Both the position numbers and the translations under genes were made by a program. Positions 50,575-63,671 of a stretch of 64,000 nt of DNA are shown here, piece after piece. The first letter of the stretch is position 1, and each line of letters starts with the position of its first letter. The notes under the pieces were generated by a model. It was not told the origin of the DNA. It saw nothing but the letters and a program-made list of their open reading frames with translations, and made no database searches. Source of the DNA: Utricularia gibba. Lineage: Eukaryota; Plantae; Magnoliophyta. The stretch covers positions 1,302,001 to 1,366,000 of the forward strand of contig CM007989.1 of NCBI GenBank assembly GCA_002189035.1, in the 5' to 3' direction.

Positions 50575-53500
50575 ATGGGTTCGGCTTCCTACGCTGTTCT
50601 GTTAGAGAAAACCCGAACTCCCCAGCCTCAGCTCCAAAAATTAGCCGTTGTGGCCGTTTTCGAGAAGTACCGTTCGGAGCCACCGTCCGATGCCGGCAGA
50701 GATGCAATTTGTCGCTGCCTCCGCTCAAACTCCTCCGCCGTTGCCGACCAATCCGCCAGAGAATTCTGCCGCCTCGTCAGGGACTCTAAATTGGACATTC
50801 ATTCCGCGCTACTAGAACTTCAGTCGGCGCTCGATGACGCTCCTAACAATCAACTCGCTACTCTTTTCATCAAGGCGATTGGATTGCTTACCAGACTTGG
50901 TGTCCAGGAAAATCCGGATTCCTTTCGGTTTCATTCGTCAGAGAATCACCCTTTCGTTAAGGTGAGAACAGGGTGCACTTCTTTTCTTTTTTGAAAAAAT
51001 AGTTATTAGTCTTAGTGGTACCTAATATTGGGAGTCGGCGCTTCTTGATGACAGATACTGAGTTTCGGTGCGGGAGCACATGGGGAGCTTGTGAAGCAAG
51101 TAACTTTATGGATTCTCAAATGTAGTTATCTGGGAGTGGAGGCGGTTTCTGAGTTCTTGCGTCCTTTTCTGAATTATTCTGTCATAAAAGCTCCGGATTC
51201 CAGTTCCAATTCAACATTCTTAATGAGTTTAGTGAATGCGATTGCGGCTTACTGCTGTTCATTTCCTTTGAAGGCGATTTACTTGCTGAAGATTCTAACA
51301 TCTTCTCTTAAATGTATGCAGTGCACGAATGCTGAAGTAAGTTTGCATCCGCATCTCATCTATGGCATTTTTTTCTTTATTATTATTTTTCATATGCATC
51401 ATGGCAAAGCATGCATTTCATGTTGGCTTAATAAATTTTATTTTTATGAAATTGAAGACTTTTCTGTTTTTTTTTGTTTTCGTTTCATGTAGGAGGCTGC
51501 AAATGTTTGTTACGTGTTTGAATGTCTGGCAGATTCATACCTTGTTGTATTACGGCATTTGGCTGGGATGGGATTGGTAAAAACTTGCACTTTTATCTCA
51601 TCTTCTTATTTCTTAGGTGCTTCGTTTTTGAGCTATTCAAACAGAGTTTAACTCCTGTTTTCGTTTTCCAGCATCTTGTAGACGAAGCCCAGTTAGGTAG
51701 CTTGGCACTTCTACAGGTTGTTTTATCCCAGTATGGAGATTTTCAATGTGTTTCGGGTGCAGTTGAGAAAATTTTGTATGTGTCAAGGCACTTATTAGCT
51801 ATGCAGAAGTCCCTTGGGCTTAAGTATGTGAGTGAGCTTTCATCACTGATGATGTCCTTGTTCCATATCCTCATTCAAGCCGAACTTGAGCATGAACAGC
51901 ATTCTCTCTTGGATCTGGTGTTACTCATTGTAAGATGGAAAAGTGAATGTGGTATAATATTCTTTTCCAGTATTGTTTTGAAATTTCTCTTTTACTTCAA
52001 TGTTTTCCTTTTCGTATTGAGGTTGCACATGAGGTAAAAAATGATACCCTGTGTTTTGTTGCCTGTAGTCACCAAATTTGTTGTTTTCCTGTTTCTTCTT
52101 CTGGTTTTGTTTTCTAGTCTGACCGTAATGTTGTAGAGATAAGCTATATTTTGATGTGATAATATAATGGTTTATAGTTTCATGATCTGAAGGAAAATTT
52201 TTGTGGGTCAGGTGCATGTCCTTTGCTTTTTTATAAATTCGTGTTATTTTGTTGAAGATTCATATGTTTGGAGTTTTCCTGCTAACCCTAAATCCATATC
52301 CTTTGCAGAATGCCGCATTGAATCATCCATAAGTGACTTGAAAGAAGAACTTTTGTTCATTTTTCCCATGCTTGCCCTTATCTCGTCTCCTTCCAAATCC
52401 TTGAAACAAAGTGCCAGTGATCTACTTTCTGTTTTGGAAAGAAGTGCTACTAATATGCAGTTTGCACAATGGGAGAAGCAAGAACTAAAGTTGAAGCAAT
52501 TTTTAATAACTACTCCAGGGTGCTTAGTTTGCAGATTTTTGAGCAACCTATGGTTTCAGGTTAGTCCTTTTTTTCCTCAAATGCAAACGCTAGGCTGTTA
52601 CACTGTTTCATGTTACTTTAACATGTTGTTTGTGCCCTTTCAGGATCGATTGCCATCAAATAGCACATTTTATGTAGATTATTTTTCAGCTAGTGACGGT
52701 AATGGTGAGTTGAAGCAGTGGGCGTCCTCTGTACGAGACTATGTATCTGGTATTGTCAAGACAAGCCATTTCTCTACGTTCTTTTCTCGATCTGAAGGTA
52801 TCCTTCTAGGAGGTTACTCATTCAATTATCTTAATATTTGGAAAGTCGTTGCTGCTTTACCAATCCTTTTTAAATGATTTGAATTTTGAAGTTTATCTTT
52901 TTCTTTATGCTTGCAGAAATTTCCATGATTATTTGTTCGGTTGCTAGTGTGCTCCTCTTGCATCAGACAAAAAGCTCAGCCATAGATTTGCTGGCTATGT
53001 ATAATAGAATTGCTCCTAGTTTTGGCATTCCCATGCTGCTAATAATTCTGTACTACAATTACATATCCTCCAGTGAAGGAAACTATCAGTGGTCTTCTGA
53101 TTTCGGGGTAAGCTATGAACTTTTTGATGGAGATGAATTTGTGTAAAACTTTTTCTCATAATTTTGTAATGTCATGTAACCTGTATAGCTTACCCACATT
53201 TTGGGAAGATTTTAACTTGTAGTCGTCATGTATTTTTTACAAGAATATTTCTATGTTTTGTGTTTTCTCCAGATTGAACTTTTGAGTGTACTACCATCAA
53301 CTGCTTCGCATCATGCAATGCTGCCACTTTTACTTCAGATTCTCCGCCCAATGCTTCACAATGATGCAGATACGTATGTCATCCCCCTCCCATTTTATGT
53401 GCTGCGTTTAACAGAATAAGAAATATGCCTGCTGTCCTTGTTATGCAACACACTGGTTGTGAACATAAGACATTTGATTTTCTGTATGGTTGACCACCTG

Positions 53501-56500
53501 TGATTACTGCCTGACTAAGTTGGTTTCCGTATTTATCTCCTGATGTTTCAGGGTTATAAAATCAACTGGCATACGCCTGCTTTGTAAGACTTGGGAAATT
53601 AACGACCATGTCTTCGAGACTTTGCAGGCAAGAAAAAACCCAATTTCAAAAAGCTTTTAGTTCATAAAACCTGGCCTCAACTTTCTTCTGTTCTTTTTGT
53701 GTGAGGAGCTACTACATGTAATAAGGTTTTGTATGCGTTGTTTATGCTGATGGATTGCAGAGAATGCTAGAACCTGAGACGATAATGCATGCTGCTGAAA
53801 GAGACATTGCTGTCTGTATAGCATTTTCCATTCGAGATGTGTGCAAGAGAAATCCTGATAAGGGTGTGGATATAATTTTGTCAATATCGGTATGCTCTGT
53901 TTTTTCATTTGAAACAGGGTGTGCCTACCTACCTAACATGCACTCACTTATCAGGCGTGTATAGAGAATGATGATCCTTTGATTCAGTCTCTGGGTCTAC
54001 AAGGCCTTGCCCATCTTTGTGAAGCTGATGTGATTGGTTTGTATTTCATGTTTTTTCGTTTAATATTCATTTTTGTATGCAACTGAAAAGTTAAGCAGTG
54101 TTAGATTATCTTATTCATCAGACTTTTATACTGCATGGGATGTTATTGAAAAGTGCATGCAAAACTACTCGAAGAATGCAACTGTTGCCCATAGGTATGG
54201 CCAGTTGCTGATACCTGCTTTTCTTTTTTTTTTGGCTTGAAATGTTACTTAAGCTGCGAGTAGGCATTGCAATGGTAAGTTAGCGTATGCATATGATCTC
54301 AATGAAGTGATTTATGCAGTTGTTTGATCCTCAAAATGAATCATTTGAGATACATGATTTCGAATGATCATGTTTATCGTTTCTTTGTATTTTGATTTGA
54401 TCTTTTATTATGACTAGGATAACAAAGTGGCAATAGTTATATATTTCTTTTGTCACAATCAAGTGAGAAATGCTGTTGAGAGTCAGTGTATTTTCTATCT
54501 ATTGGTAGCTTCTGTCTTCTTTTGAGATGGGGGGCAATGGATGTTGATGCATATCCAGAAGCAGCTTCTAGGGTGTTGAACATATTGTGGGATGTTGGTA
54601 CCCATAGAGAATATAGTCAGAGCTCTTTATGGAAAAAATCAAGATCAGCTGCATTCACTGCCTTGCTGCAATATGAGGTAGTTTTCATCCACGATTTTGT
54701 ATTGTTAAATGATTTGTGCTCAGTTTTTTGTTTGTATTGCTCTTAGAAACTAGTCGAAATTCCCTCCTGATATTTTCACGTGTAGATTCCTTTAATAGAA
54801 ATAGAGTATGCCCAATCTGTGAAACTAGGAGCTTTGTTACTTGGCTTCGCATCTGTGCAACTCTTCACCCAAGTCTTTTTGAATGTCTTGCTTCCCACTA
54901 TTAATAATTTTGATCTTATTTCAGGTCCTCTCTCTTCAGAGAAGCATATCAAGTTTCAGCTCTCGGAACTTTGAATTTCTTATATCAGGACTTGATGCTG
55001 ATCCAATGGAGGTGATGGAAGAATTTCAAGCCAGAATCATAACTACAGAACATATGTAAAATTTTATGATTTAACATTCTTTGGGAACACTCATTCGTTA
55101 GGACTAATTCCAAGTTCTTATGTTCGGATATCAAATATTTAACTTTTAATCAGTGGGCGTTCATACTTGCAGTACAAGACGAAGATATGTTAAAGAAAAG
55201 GTGGCCTCTGGATTTAGAAGCAAGATTTATAAACTACTAGACGTTGTTCCTGGAGTTGTGTTTCGTTCAGGTATGCTATCATTGGTAATCGGTGAGAAAA
55301 GATGCAACATATCCCTCGCTTGTGAAGAAATTGGTTTGCATTCTTTCAAGCATATTTGTAATGGCTATTTTCCTGTCCAAAGAATCAAATGTGTTATTAT
55401 TATTATTTTTACCTAACTTTGGGATTATGCACGTTTTTTTGAGTTTAAACAGTGCAGGATATTCTAATTGTTGCTCAGCTCAAGTTAGCAAAGTGTATTA
55501 TAGCATTATATTGAGCTATGCTGATGCAAGTGTTTAACAGATAACATTTTTTGACATCTGATTTTTGTCAAGGATTGGCCTTTTTTTTTTTATCAAACCC
55601 ATATTTTATGAATTCTCAGTCGCAGGAAATATACACAAGACAAGAGAAATATCAAGTGCTGATTTTTTCTTTCCTCCTCATAAAGATGTGAATAAAAACC
55701 GCATACCACTCAAGGTGAGATAATTTGTGTAGTTGGTGTGCGAGTGATTATCCTTGCTTTGGGGTTTTAACACGAATGTGCAGGGTATAAATAGGGATTA
55801 TGAAGATACAATTGTAGAATTAGCTTCTTCCCTTCAGCTTTCAAGGAATATTATTCTGGCCCTTTTCTGTGTGCAATCTTGGGAGGTTTTAATGGAAGGA
55901 TGGATGAGGTCTTGCATCATCAAGTTTGAGGAAAGGGCCTCATCATTAGACAGAAGTCTGCAAGCTGCAAAGGATATTCTAAAGGTTTACTGTTCCCATT
56001 TTCTTTTTGGCATTTACTTAGGTCGCTTGAAATATTCTTAATGTCATGTAATGTTGCAGACTATCATGAGGTTAGCAGAAGAAGCAAACCCTCGTTCCGC
56101 AGAGAATATAGCACTTGCAATTGGGGCATTCTGCCTGGTAACAAAAAATATCACTTTGTATCTCCTGCTGGATAATTTTTTGCAGTGACTAATGATTTTG
56201 ATGTATTTGTTTAATTTGTTTTAAACGAATGGTCAAGTATAAATTCCAAATTAAAATTAATAGATTTTTTAATGTTATTGCTGTTGCTTTCGCTTGTAAT
56301 TCAGAACTTCAAACTGGTGAACTTCAACTCTTAATGTGGAACTTGGTTAAACAGTTTTTTTATTCCTAATCTGTTTGCCAGTGCTATATCCTTTAGATTA
56401 TTTTATGCTATAGGTACTGCCTACTTCAGCTCATGCAGTCAAGTCAATTGCTGCAAAGTTTTTATTGGGTTGGTTGTATCAGCATGAGCATGAACAGCGC

Positions 56501-59500
56501 CAGTGGCCAGCAGCAATTTCTCTTGGGCTGATCTCGAGTTGCCTACATGTGACTGATCATGAACTGAAGATGAGGATTATAAATGCCCTCATTGAGGTAT
56601 GTGCAGCGTATGTCAAGGTCCAATTACTGGATACCATACAGTTTATGGTTCTTTAGCACTATATTTCTGGGGATAAAAATGGCTTGTAGTGTTTTTTTAA
56701 CAATATGACTTTTGCAATGCCATAGTTGTTAAGCTTTATTATCTTTTAGGTCTCGATGAAAAGTAAAAGCGGTCTACTGGAGGGAGCTTGTGGAATTGGA
56801 CTGGGGTTCTCATGTCAGGATCTTCTGACTAGCATTGGTTCCACGACTCAATCATTATCTGAAAAGGATGTGTATCGATTGTTGGAAACTCAAGTATTGA
56901 GAAAAATCGTCTGGAACTTAGTTTATATGATATGTCGGTTTGGTAAAACAACATCTAGTATCCTGGAAAAACTAGAAACCCTTTTTCCAAAAGGTGACAT
57001 TGATTCCTCAGATGAAGCTTGTCTTCAAATGAAGAATATGGATCTCGTGGAGGATGGTTTTTGGGGTATTGCAGGACCTATCATAGGTTTAGGAAATTCT
57101 TTTGGGGCTTTGTACAGAGCAGGAGCTCATGATGTAGTTCTTTATCTTAAGAACCTGATAATTTCTTGGATTCCTACTAAAAATATTATTCTGTCAAATC
57201 CAACTGTTGAGGAATCATTTTTAGCAATGTCAGCTTTAGGAGCCTGCCTTGCTGTACCAACTATATTTTCTTTCTGCCGTAATGCAGAATTGCATGATGA
57301 TATCGAGCTTGATCCTGTCATGAAAGGATTGGTCTGGTTTATTTCTGAACTTTTATCTATTAAAGGTCTTGATGCTTTCCATCAGAGCTTGTTGATGGCA
57401 TCTTGTGCTGGTGCTGGGAGCATTTTTTTTGATTCTTTGAACCTAGGATTGCCTTTAGAAGCTGAATATGCTAAACATCTGTTGTCATTATTCAGAAGAA
57501 CTTACTCAAGTCCTCACCCTCTTATCGTCCTTGGCGGTATGTCTGGTGTTGTCAATGCTTTAGGAGCAGGTGCAGGGACTATGATACCTAGCTTCTCTTT
57601 ACACTCATTCCAGAAAACTCCTCAGCAGGTTGCTCAATCTAGAATAAAAATGTTTTTTTTCATCGAAAATAAAATGTTCGTTTAGGTGAAGATGCTTCCT
57701 TTGTATACCCTAGTAAATAGGCGTTCAGTGGATCACCATCTTTGAAATTGGGAAAATATGAATACATGAATATGTGTGATTTATCAAAATGACTTGCTTG
57801 GGAAGGCAAATTTATAGATTTGGTGAACCTTTCATCACTTTATCTGATAGTGCATGCCTCATGATAGGAACTGGCCAATTTCTTCGGACCTTTGCCACCA
57901 AATCATGCACTGGAGACTGATTTAACATCTCTAATCCAAGAGATGTTTCTGCTTGCTCAGAATTGTGTTGATTCTGAAGTACAAGATAAGGCAGCTTGGG
58001 CGATTTGCTTTCTCAGGCATTATCTGTTCTCCAGGATCCATAATGAGGAAACTGCAGAATCTAATCTCTCTGGTGGCAATCAACCTGCACCACAGGGAGT
58101 TGCTGCAGATAGTCTTGTCATGAAAATCTCATCGTGGATTATGAAGGTGATCTACTCTGAGGTATGGCTACTCAGAAACATCCACATTAAGCTGACTACT
58201 AATCTGTTTGCGTCTTTATTAGATTCTTTTCACTAAGAGAGATAAACCTCTGCCACCTTCATGGAAATGATGTCATGGCTTGGACTCCTGTTTATTCTTC
58301 CAAGTAACTTATACCAATGGGTTCCTTTATTGTCTTTGTTTTGCAGTCATGGGCAAACATAGATATCAGAACGCTTGACCTCTGTATACGATGCCTGTCA
58401 CATGCTCCAAGGTTGCCTCATATGGACTGGAGAACACTTATAAGTCAGTGCATGAAATATGGGGACAAGTCACTGAAATGCCTTCGCAGCATGGGCCTCT
58501 TAAAAGAACCCTCCGGGAAGATTGTTTTTTATTCTTACTGTCACATGCTAGCAAATTAGATCCACTGATGAGCTTTCTTGATGAATTATATGAATTTGCC
58601 AGGTTCAAGTCACTTGAATCTAATCTTCAATCGCTTATGCTGCTGCACTTAGCAGACCTTTTCGGCAAATTCTCCAATGCCAGACTTGTCAAGCTATTTG
58701 ATGATATGACTTATTTTTTGCACATACTTTCTTCTGATCAACAGAATTTGGTAGAACACTCTCTCCGAGTTTCCTTTTGGAAAGGCCTTGAACTCTGCAT
58801 AAGCAGAGATGAACTTGAAACAAGGGATTACCTCAATTATTTAGAACGATGCATGGAGATTCTGTTCACTACTTCACAATGGCCTCTCTACGCAGCTGTA
58901 GAATCTTATCAGAAGCACTCCAACTTGGAATGGTGTAAAGCAATAAAATGTCTTGGGAAGGCTCGTCTAGGCTGGCTCTTAGATCTTTTACTGGTAATTT
59001 TCTCATTCTCATGGCTTTAGATCGCATATACGATAATACTACCATTATTTTCAGTAGATTGGAACATCAATTCCAAAGGTTACCTCACAGTTTTGTGAGT
59101 TTTTAATGATGGATTTCCCTCCATTCTGCACAGTTACCCATTGCAGATCTCGTTGAGCAGAATAGCCAATCACATTTATTTTTGAAAAAGCTTTCTGCCA
59201 AGATAGAACTAGTTCGAGTAGGTGCCATCCCTGTACTGGAGCTTTCAAAATTCAAATCATATATTCTGAACATCAATTCTGAAGGTTGGCCTGGCTTTTT
59301 TTTTTTAGATTTTTTTGATTATGGAGACAATATTCTGAAGGCCAGGTATCATGGAATTGTTCACGTGCAGTTATATGGAGCATACTGGTGGAACTGTCTG
59401 TAACATTGCGAAAACTTGATGAGGGCGTCCGGAGACAGTGGATTGTCGACACAGCTGAAATCTTGTGTGTGACAAGTTACCCTTCAACGGTAAGAAGCAA

Positions 59501-59940
59501 CGCTGCAAACTTGATGTATGCTGGTGAGATGCATAACCCATCTTATAAGACATTGAAGTTTAAATTCATCTGTTCTGTAGGCCCTGCGTTTTCTTGGTCT
59601 TCTAAGTGGGCTCTGCTGCAAATATATGCCGATCTTGGTTGCTGATAAGTTATGTGTATTGGCTGATCTTCCTGTTACGCTTTCATCCCTATTGGAAACC
59701 AGTGGCTGGGGAACCATCAGAGAACCCGTAGCGTTACATGTTTGGAAATCAACTGAAAGAATCCACAACTGGGCCAAACATGTACAACATGATGCTAATT
59801 CGCCTGCGCCACAGGGTATCCATGAATCCGAGAGCACCGTTTCAGCTCTGCTGTGTCAAGTGCTGCATCAGACGTGTGTTTCTCTGAAAAGATACCTACC
59901 TGCTAGTGAGCTGCTGAAGCTTTCCAACATGGTGATATGA
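50575..59940 (+). CDS. RST1: RST1 (RESURRECTION1, focadhesin homolog), 25 exons, with one -1 frameshift at the G4 run 58461-58464
   Basis: [103 protein letters not shown]. Exon phases were traced throughout. Confidence 0.9.
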
Positions 59941-60690
59941 GTATCCACAGGATAGTCAGTTGGAGAAATGTGCAATACTGTAAGTTTATGAACAATGTAT
60001 CACATTTTGGTAAATTGCGAGAATGCTGGACAACATAAAGGCTCAAGGAAAAGAGATCCAAACACACTCTGCTGCCTATACTCCTACAAGACAGAAGCAA
60101 AAACAAAAAGCTGCAAACAACAAAACAGAATGCGGGCTTTTAAAATATGCAACAGAACCCATGGAGAATTTCTACCACAAATGAGTAACTTATACTTGTG
60201 GGGTGCTGGGCTCTCCATCTCCAGAAAGTGCATCCCATTTCTCTTCTTCCTCCAGGGAATTAATGAGAGGATGGGCATGTGCATCTGTATCAGCATCCAT
60301 TGCTCCAGCATTGAAAACTATCTTGTAATCCTCAAAGCCATTACCAAAAGCCACTATTGTCTCCCATCCCATATCAGCCACTATTGTCTCACCGTATCAG
60401 CTATGATACGGTGATGCATCTATAGAACCATGGATGGGATCATATCTAGCAGTATCACTCGGTGCACATGGCTGGTTTGGAGCCTCTTCAGGTTCACAAG
60501 CACCAGAGAGAAAGGTCGTTCCAAGTGATTTAATTAATGTTCAAAACGTTATGTGAAGGTACTTCTACTTCCAAGATCAATTTCGTGTCATAACCATCAA
60601 ATCATCCTTCCAAAATACAACATACTGGAGAATTCAAAGGAATGATTCCCATGATCTCAACATGAACAATATAGACAGCAAGTAGAAGTT

Positions 60691-62596
60691 CTACATGTTT
60701 CTCTGCATCTTTTTGTCCAAAAGTGCAAGGAAGTCATCTTTGGAGAGGGAGAGCATTTGGTTGAGCAGTAGCCTGACACCACTATTCTGCATAATCTGGT
60801 ACCTAGGCTTAATCCTATCTTCTAAGCTGTAACCAAAGTACTGTGGAAATTTGACCAACTCAGACCTGGGGTACACCATGGTCAGGAAGAAGTCCCATTT
60901 CACCATCAAGTTATCTGACAAGCTGAATGTGTACAATGCACCATACCTTGAAGTCATCGTTGCAATCTCCTTAGAGCTAAACCCCTTGTCAAGAAAGAAT
61001 TCAGTAACTGGCTTCAGGTTTTCCTCAATGCTTAGACCAAATGTTTGTGGTGATCTGTAGAGGATAATGGAAACATCAACGTCCAATGAACGGAAATATT
61101 CAGCAACAGGACGGAGCTTATTCTCCACGCTGTAACTTATGATATTGGGGCAACGAGTCAACACCTTGCTCACATTCTCGCCTGACAGCCCCATTTCATA
61201 TAGAAAATCTACAGTTGACGTGAGCTTCTGTCTGCTGTATGTGAGAAGTGGTGGAAACCGATATATGACTTTTGCCCATTGCTTCTTATCTACACCCAAC
61301 TCCTCAAGAAATGCCATTGTGGGTATTAGATTTTCAGTCAGACTGATTCCACAGAGCTGAGGCCTTTTACTGATGATGGTGGGAATGTCTGATTTTGAAA
61401 TACCAAGGCTCAGGAGATACTCCACAACAGGTTTGATCTTACCATCCAAACTGTAGTAGGCAAAAGATGGAAATTTTCGTATGACTTCCTTAACTGCTTG
61501 CAGATCCATACCAAGCTCTAGAAGGTAGGTGATATGCGGTGGAAGTTTTCCAGTTGTGGTAAACATGTTTACTCGTGCTAGAGCCTTTGATTTTTTAGAG
61601 TCTGCTGCAGAATCCAAAGAAGCCATGGGAGTCACATTTTCTACCAGAGGCTGTTTCGTAGCATTCTCCTCAGTGGTTTCCTTTAATGATGATACATCTG
61701 GAAAGTTCTCAAAAACATCCACTAGAATTGACCCATATTCGTCATGCAGAGTCTCAAGGTATGGAACCAGAGCATCTCGAATCTCCAGAGTTGTAAGTTC
61801 TCTACCTGAAAGGGGAAAAAAAAGGCCAAACTAAATTATGCTTAAAAGGTCGAGGTAACTGGTGATTCCTCTCTGCCTGAAATACAAACAATAGGAAGCC
61901 AAACCTACTAGGTATCTGGACTTATAAACCGAGTGAAGACGTGACACAAGATGATCAACAAATGCATCTGACTTGTTTATAGTTCTTGCAGCCACTGCAT
62001 TGCTTAAACCTCTCCTCTTCAGAAACAAGGTCAAAACTGCCTTGGCTTCTTCCTTTTCTGATGCCAGCAAGGTTGGCGAAACAAGCGGCAGGCTCAAGGA
62101 TCCATTTGTCTCTGCTTCAGCTTTGAGTCACAAGGAATGTAGCCATGTTACCTCAGGTGAGAACATACACAAAAAACAATCTAATTTCATACCATGTTTG
62201 GCCAGAGAAATGAAACTCTTCTGAGAAACTTTATACTTCGTCCTGCATATGGCATATGAAGATAAGATAAAAATAAATTTAAAAACAGTAAATGTTTAAG
62301 AATGCCTTTGATCCACAATCATTCATGCCACCGAGTACGCAACCTCAAAGTAGTGATTTTCTCTAACTTCTGGACTTTCCAGAAAACTACATGTTTATCC
62401 ACATCGAAGTTAAAGAACATATCGATTCGCGAAAAGTAGCTCAGAAAACCTCCGAAACAAGTTTGGTGCAAACAAAAACAGCAGCTTTAATAATGAACCA
62501 AGACACAAGAACTAACCTTGGCAGGATAAACGTTGCTTCTGTCCTCGGGGAAAAAGAAGGGATTTTGCAGGCGTGAAAACATGCGTAAGCTTTCAT
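60691..62596 (-). CDS. mTERF5: Plastid mTERF5/MDA1-like transcription termination factor, 4 exons: 62596-62517, 62242-62193, 62120-61905, 61805-60691; about 486 aa
   Basis: EKEEAKAVLTLFLK..GLSN, DHLVSRLHSVYKSRYLVGRELTTLEIRDAL, YYSLDGKIKPVVE, ELVKFPQYFGYSLEDRIKPRY, all matching mTERF5 motifs. Confidence 0.9.
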
Positions 62597-62702
62597 CTCT
62601 GAGCCTTATCCTGAGAAACGATTCCGAATTTGATATTGAGTTCAGACACTAGTGAGTAGCAGTATTGATCATATTAATAAATGTTTAACCCACATAACAC
62701 GC

Positions 62703-62774
62703 GGGCATTTGGTCTAGTGGTATGATTCTCGCTTTGGGTGCGAGAGGTCCCGAGTTCGATTCTCGGAATGCCCC
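62703..62774 (+). tRNA. tRNA-Pro(UGG), nuclear type
   Basis: GGGCATT...AATGCCC acceptor stem, anticodon arm CTCGC-TT TGG GT-GCGAG, GTTCGATTC T-loop, T6 Pol III terminator at 62776-62781. Confidence 0.97.
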
Positions 62775-62937
62775 CTTTTTTGCACACTTCTTTTACCAAA
62801 CCGTTTTTTTTTTTAACATAAATAAAGTCGACGACAAAACACGATCCCTCCTCCACACTCGCAACTGACACTGGTAAACACGGAGGCTGGAGCCGTGTGA
62901 GCCCCAACATTATCTGGATTCCCGACGATTCTTCTGT

Positions 62938-63671
62938 TCACTTTGTCACCAAAATATCTCCATAAGCCTCTTCCTGCTGTAGCTCTATGCAGCCCCTCGT
63001 TTTCAGAACCTGTTACGTTGGAACTAACACCTGAGACCTACACATTACACGTATGAGCAGCAACAAAAGATGAACTTTAAGTACCAACCAGAACAGCATA
63101 CAACATGCGTGCGCATTCTGTCTGTGTTTTCCCAGCTACCAGTTCAGAAAATTTCAACACTCGTTCCTTCTTCCTCCTAAACAGCATCCTGTCCTCAGTG
63201 CAGTCATGTCAGTTAACAAGGGACCGAAAATGAACTCCCCCCAAGAAAAGATTCTGACATGAGCCTTCCTGGCATATGCGTACCTGGTGATTGTTGTGAG
63301 TAAATCTGAAACATGCAAAAAAGTTTAGTGTCAAGGAAGGTAGTAACATTATTAGGAGTTTTTTGGCGATGAAAATACTGAATTTTCTAACAAGTCGACT
63401 TACCCTCTTCTTTGTGAGTTCCATTTTTTGAAGTTGAACCCATTTCCTACACAAGCAAGAATGCAGATGACCATATGTGTGCGTTTCTTTTTTTACAAAA
63501 AGGAGAAATGAGTGGGCAGAAAACCAACTTTGTGGGCAGGTGTTCCTGGAGCAGCTGGACTGCTTGAAACCTGTTCGTTAACCACATAATCAGTGGATGG
63601 GAGAGCATCTTCATGACAATATGATGATTCATCTGATGGCATACTTTTCTTGGGCTCAAGTGAATCCAGGT
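62938..63671 (-). CDS. 3' exons of a RAD21/REC8 kleisin (SYN3-like cohesin subunit); the gene continues beyond the window
   Basis: The last two exons splice to LVAGKTQTECARMLYAVL|VLKTRGCIELQQEEAYGDILVTK*, the Rad21/Rec8 C-terminal winged-helix motif. Upstream exons are less certain. Confidence 0.8.

Noticed and set aside
52798-52805. GTATCCTT resembling a U12-type 5' splice site in RST1
   Set aside because: It lies in coding sequence (SEGILLG|E fits the homolog register better using the next GT donor), and there is no well-placed U12 branch point.
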